A stretch of DNA of 64,000 nt. It comes from Cenococcum geophilum (taxonomy: Eukaryota). A program made the position numbers and the translations under genes. Every line of letters starts with the position of its first letter. The stretch's first letter is position 1. Shown here in pieces: positions 61,221 through 64,000 of the stretch. The stretch lies in the NCBI GenBank assembly GCA_050273025.1, contig CP158635.1:4216001-4280000 (forward strand), in the 5' to 3' direction. Below the pieces are notes generated by a model, which worked only from the letters and a program-made list of their open reading frames with translations, had not been told where the DNA came from and did not search any database.

Positions 61221-61488
61221 TTTACACAATTTAAAGTAGTTATATATTATTAGTTATTTCTAATTTAAAGATTATACGATTTTAAATATCCTAAAGATAG
61301 GGTATAGTTATAATATTATATAATTAAGTATATAAATAGCGATAATTTTAAATAATTTTGTATTGAAACCTCATTAAGTGTGCGCGCACGGTGTTAAAGT
61401 TCATCCAGTGTAAGATTTTGTAACGTGGCGTATTTCCACACTCCCGGAGCTTTCGGCAACACTGGCCGAGCTATATGCTCTAAACAAA

Positions 61489-62319
61489 GGCCACTGCCAG
61501 CCACACACCCTAATCACTGCGCGTACACCCCCCAATTGATACGCGCACCCCCCCCACCTAACAGGCTTAGATCCTTCTTCTTCAGGTTAGAACGTCACGT
61601 GTGTTTGACTTGTATGCATCTGCATCGCGAAAATTCAACTTTTAAAATGCAACTTCTATGTATACCACCACAATTAAGTCTTAATTTCAACTATAGTATA
61701 ACTTGGAGTTTAAATCAGAGCCGGAACGCGCCAAAGGACCCCTTAGTAAAGTCTTGCTGAAAGGGCAAGGCCCCACGACCGCTGTAAGCCTGTGAAATAT
61801 TGCCGCCAACACTTAGCAAGCCATCAGCAGAGGCGTCTTAACTTCTACCACCATTCTCGCCACCTGTAATACCACTTGTAATACTACCTACATGCTCCTA
61901 AGTCGATTGATTGGATTGCGCAGTGACTTGTGAGGCAGTATACAAACTAATTTGGCTGCTGCCACCTCTGCTTGTTGTCTGCGGGCTGCCCCCGCGGGCA
62001 CGCCCGCGCCCGCCCCCCCGCCCGGCGGTGTCTGCTTGTTAGTTTTTGAGCGAAATTTTGACACCGCATAGCCCTAGCCTTTTGCGAACTCGTTGATATC
62101 ATCAAGGGCAAAGTTTGCGCAATCATACAGCCTCAGCGGAGGTGGATTGAGAGCCATGGTAGATGTAGGGAAAAGTATGCACGCGCGATAGTTACGCGCG
62201 TACACACGTGACGTTCTAACCTGAAGAGGAAGGATCTAAGCCTGTTAGATGGGGGGTGTGCGCGTATCAATTGGGGGGTGTACGCGCAGTAATCAGGGAG
62301 TGCGTAACTAGCAGTGGCC
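61489..62319 (-). mobile_element. Internally deleted Mutator-like element (MULE), 831 bp
   Basis: ~125-bp TIRs (GGCCACTGC...AACGTCACGTGTGT and reverse complement); 8-bp TSD TAAACAAA (61481-61488 / 62320-62327). The minus strand from 62157 reads MALNPPPLRLYD..NFALDDINEFAKG*GYAVSKFRSK (FAR1-like transposase start) joined to a GR-rich C-terminal piece. Confidence 0.85.
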
Positions 62320-62327
62320 TAAACAAA

Positions 62328-62392
62328 TTGGTGGTTTGGTTTTGATTGGTGGCTGGAGTTCAGGGGGTGGCCGGGTTCTATGGGTCCGAGCT
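62328..62392 (-). mobile_element. pogo/Fot1-like 5' terminus relic, same family as 14203-14431
   Basis: TTGGTGGTTTGGTTTTGATTGGTGGC...GGGTCCGAGCT|TA aligns with 14367-14433. The relic continues on the far side of the MULE insertions (45286-45302). Confidence 0.65.
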
Positions 62393-62670
62393 TATTGTGC
62401 TGCAGGGTTGTCCGCCGACTCCCTCCAACTCTCTTCTTCGTCCACTATACCTTCCAGAAAGCTCGAATGTGACAGTGAAGCATCAACAGTGGAGGTGAGT
62501 AGAAGTACCAAAACACTTATGAAAGAATTATTCGTATATTTAAGTATGACCCCATAGAACATATATATTGCTGTATGCTCCTACGAAAGGCAGTGAGGTT
62601 TCTAGACTATACATATCGTTTATGACACCGAACCACCACATCCTCTTCTACCCTAGCCCACCTCGCTAGT

Positions 62671-63153
62671 ATGGTTTACATTATGGAAATCTATGTCGAC
62701 GGTGGCTGCAGAGGCAACGGGCAACCAGGAGCAATAGGCGCTGCTGCCGCCGTTTTCAAAAAAAGAAATGGAAAATCCGTCGCTTGGACGAAATCTTTAC
62801 CCCTATATCCCCCACCCACAAACCAGCGAGCCGAAATCACAGCCATTATCCTTGCACTGGAGCAAGCCCTGGAAAAGCTTGAAGAGCTAGACACAAATCC
62901 ACATCTAGATGTCAAGATCTATTCGGATTCCAGATATGCGATTGGGTGTATGACAAACTGGATTTACAAGTGGGCCAGAAATGGATGGATCAATGCTGCG
63001 GGCAACGAGGTTGCGAATCGAGATCTTATCCAGGAAGCTTCTCATCTTGATGATAGATTGAAAGAGGAGGGAGACGTGGAATATATCTGGATTTCGAGGG
63101 AGGAGAATCAGCTTGCGGATAGATTATGCAATGAGAATATGGATAAACAATGA
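62671..63153 (+). CDS. Stand-alone ribonuclease H (RNase HI fold, fungal Dikarya-like type), 160 aa
   Basis: Intact ORF without RIP damage. Catalytic DEDD pattern: IYVDGGCRGNG, TNQRAE, IYSDSRY, NQLAD. Basic-protrusion W..NGW..A.G.EVANRDL. WISREEN in place of the His loop. Confidence 0.92.
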   Translation: MVYIMEIYVDGGCRGNGQPGAIGAAAAVFKKRNGKSVAWTKSLPLYPPPTNQRAEITAIILALEQALEKLEELDTNPHLDVKIYSDSRYAIGCMTNWIYKWARNGWINAAGNEVANRDLIQEASHLDDRLKEEGDVEYIWISREENQLADRLCNENMDKQ

Positions 63154-63299
63154 GACGAGAGAGGAAATAATACACTAGCAATTTGGTCTAAAAGAAATGA
63201 GGAAATACGTAACTAACATCAGTTGGATATATCAATGCAAACAACAATGTGTCCGCCCGTCTCAGCTCCCTCCTAGATTGCACCAGCACACCCGGTGTT

Positions 63300-64000
63300 G
63301 TATGTGTGGTCACCCCACCAGTTCGAGGAAAACCGAGGGCCTTTCTTCTATAAGAACTTTATTTTAAAAGTATCTATATCAATAAATAGGTCCTCAATAT
63401 ATATAAAATCTATTTTGTTAAAATAATAAGCTAGTAATTATATACTTTTAAAACGTTAAATAGAATTATTATTGATATTAAAAACGTTTAAAATTTAAAT
63501 AAATTGGTATAACCTGTCGGGAATGAGGCAAGCGGTCATCACGTGCCGCCGCGGCACTAGCGTGGCGAGGAGTCTTAAGCTCCTCGCCCTTCCTTATTCC
63601 AATTAATAAGCTTTATTAACTAACATCACTGTAACCTACTTAAGTAGTTGTTATTGGTGAGTTACCCTATATAACTAACACTAATTAGTGGTTAAATATA
63701 CAGTTAATTATAGAGCAGCTAGGTTTTCGAATAGAAGAGATAGTCTTATATAGGGGTGCTATATACGCTTATATGGAATAGATCCCGGCAATACTATACT
63801 ACCTTAAACTTGCGGAAAACTAGTAATAGAAGTGTTACTAAGTACTAGGAGATACTAAGTTGCGTCTATTACGCAGAATAACCGCGTTTACAAAGATTTG
63901 GTTAAGTACTTTAGGTCAGAAATATTACTAAACCTAAGGTCCTAAGTTAACGTCCAAAACGCGTTAAATAACTACCTTAACACCCTCTATATACCTTCGC
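63300..64000. other. Start of a further RIP-degenerate repeat block; LTR-like TG...CA segment at 63515-63625
   Basis: Abrupt shift to TpA-rich sequence; TGTCGGG...ACTAACA segment; family not identified. Confidence 0.4.

Larger units (their letters stand above)
45304..61480 (+). mobile_element. Unclassified TIR element X (MULE-like ends; ~4.3 kb without nested insertions) carrying a RIP-destroyed multi-exon gene
   Basis: Termini GAG...CTC. ~41-bp imperfect TIR containing AGCT(T/C)GGCC(T/A)GTGTTGCCGAAAGCTCCGGGAGT (45312-45344 / 61440-61472). 9-bp TSD TAAACAAAG (45295-45303 / 61481-61489). GTAAGT/GTGAGA...AG introns on the + strand. Confidence 0.8.

Noticed and set aside
45105..61760. Shared peptide TPGAFGNTG in ORFs 45105-45413 (-) and 61425-61760 (+)
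   Set aside because: It is the translation of element X's inverted repeats, not a protein motif.
63515..63636. Solo LTR call for the TG...CA segment
   Set aside because: No TSD directly at the CA end (TAACC recurs 6 bp further on) and any partner LTR would be outside the window; left as low-confidence.

Overview
Eukaryotic (filamentous ascomycete-type) repeat island. About 90% of the window is nested transposable elements with a RIP-like signature (TpA excess, CpA/TpG loss, TAA/TAG replacing Gln/Trp codons). Only two intact genes survive: a Pca1/PcaA-like P1B heavy-metal ATPase (15342-18074) and a stand-alone RNase H (62671-63153). Most element boundaries could be set from LTRs, TIRs and target-site duplications (TSDs). 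The elements are four Ty3/Gypsy chromovirus families (labelled A, C, D, E here), one Copia, one Tad1-like LINE, a Tc1 element with a MITE inside, pogo/Fot1 relics, an internally deleted MULE, three solo LTRs, and two different Crypton (tyrosine recombinase + GCR1_C) elements converging on the ATPase. The most striking signal is a 947-bp non-autonomous retroposon (29445-30391, minus strand, 13-bp TSD). It starts exactly at G1 of an HDV-like self-cleaving ribozyme fold and ends in the same 3' tail as the Tad1-like LINE in this window. Also notable: an unclassified ~4.3-kb GAG...CTC element with a 9-bp TSD carrying an unidentified multi-exon gene, an antisense Cys-rich gene inside Gypsy family C, and a probable frameshift removing the Cys-rich N-terminus of the ATPase. 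All protein readings of RIP-damaged DNA are manual and need HMM confirmation.
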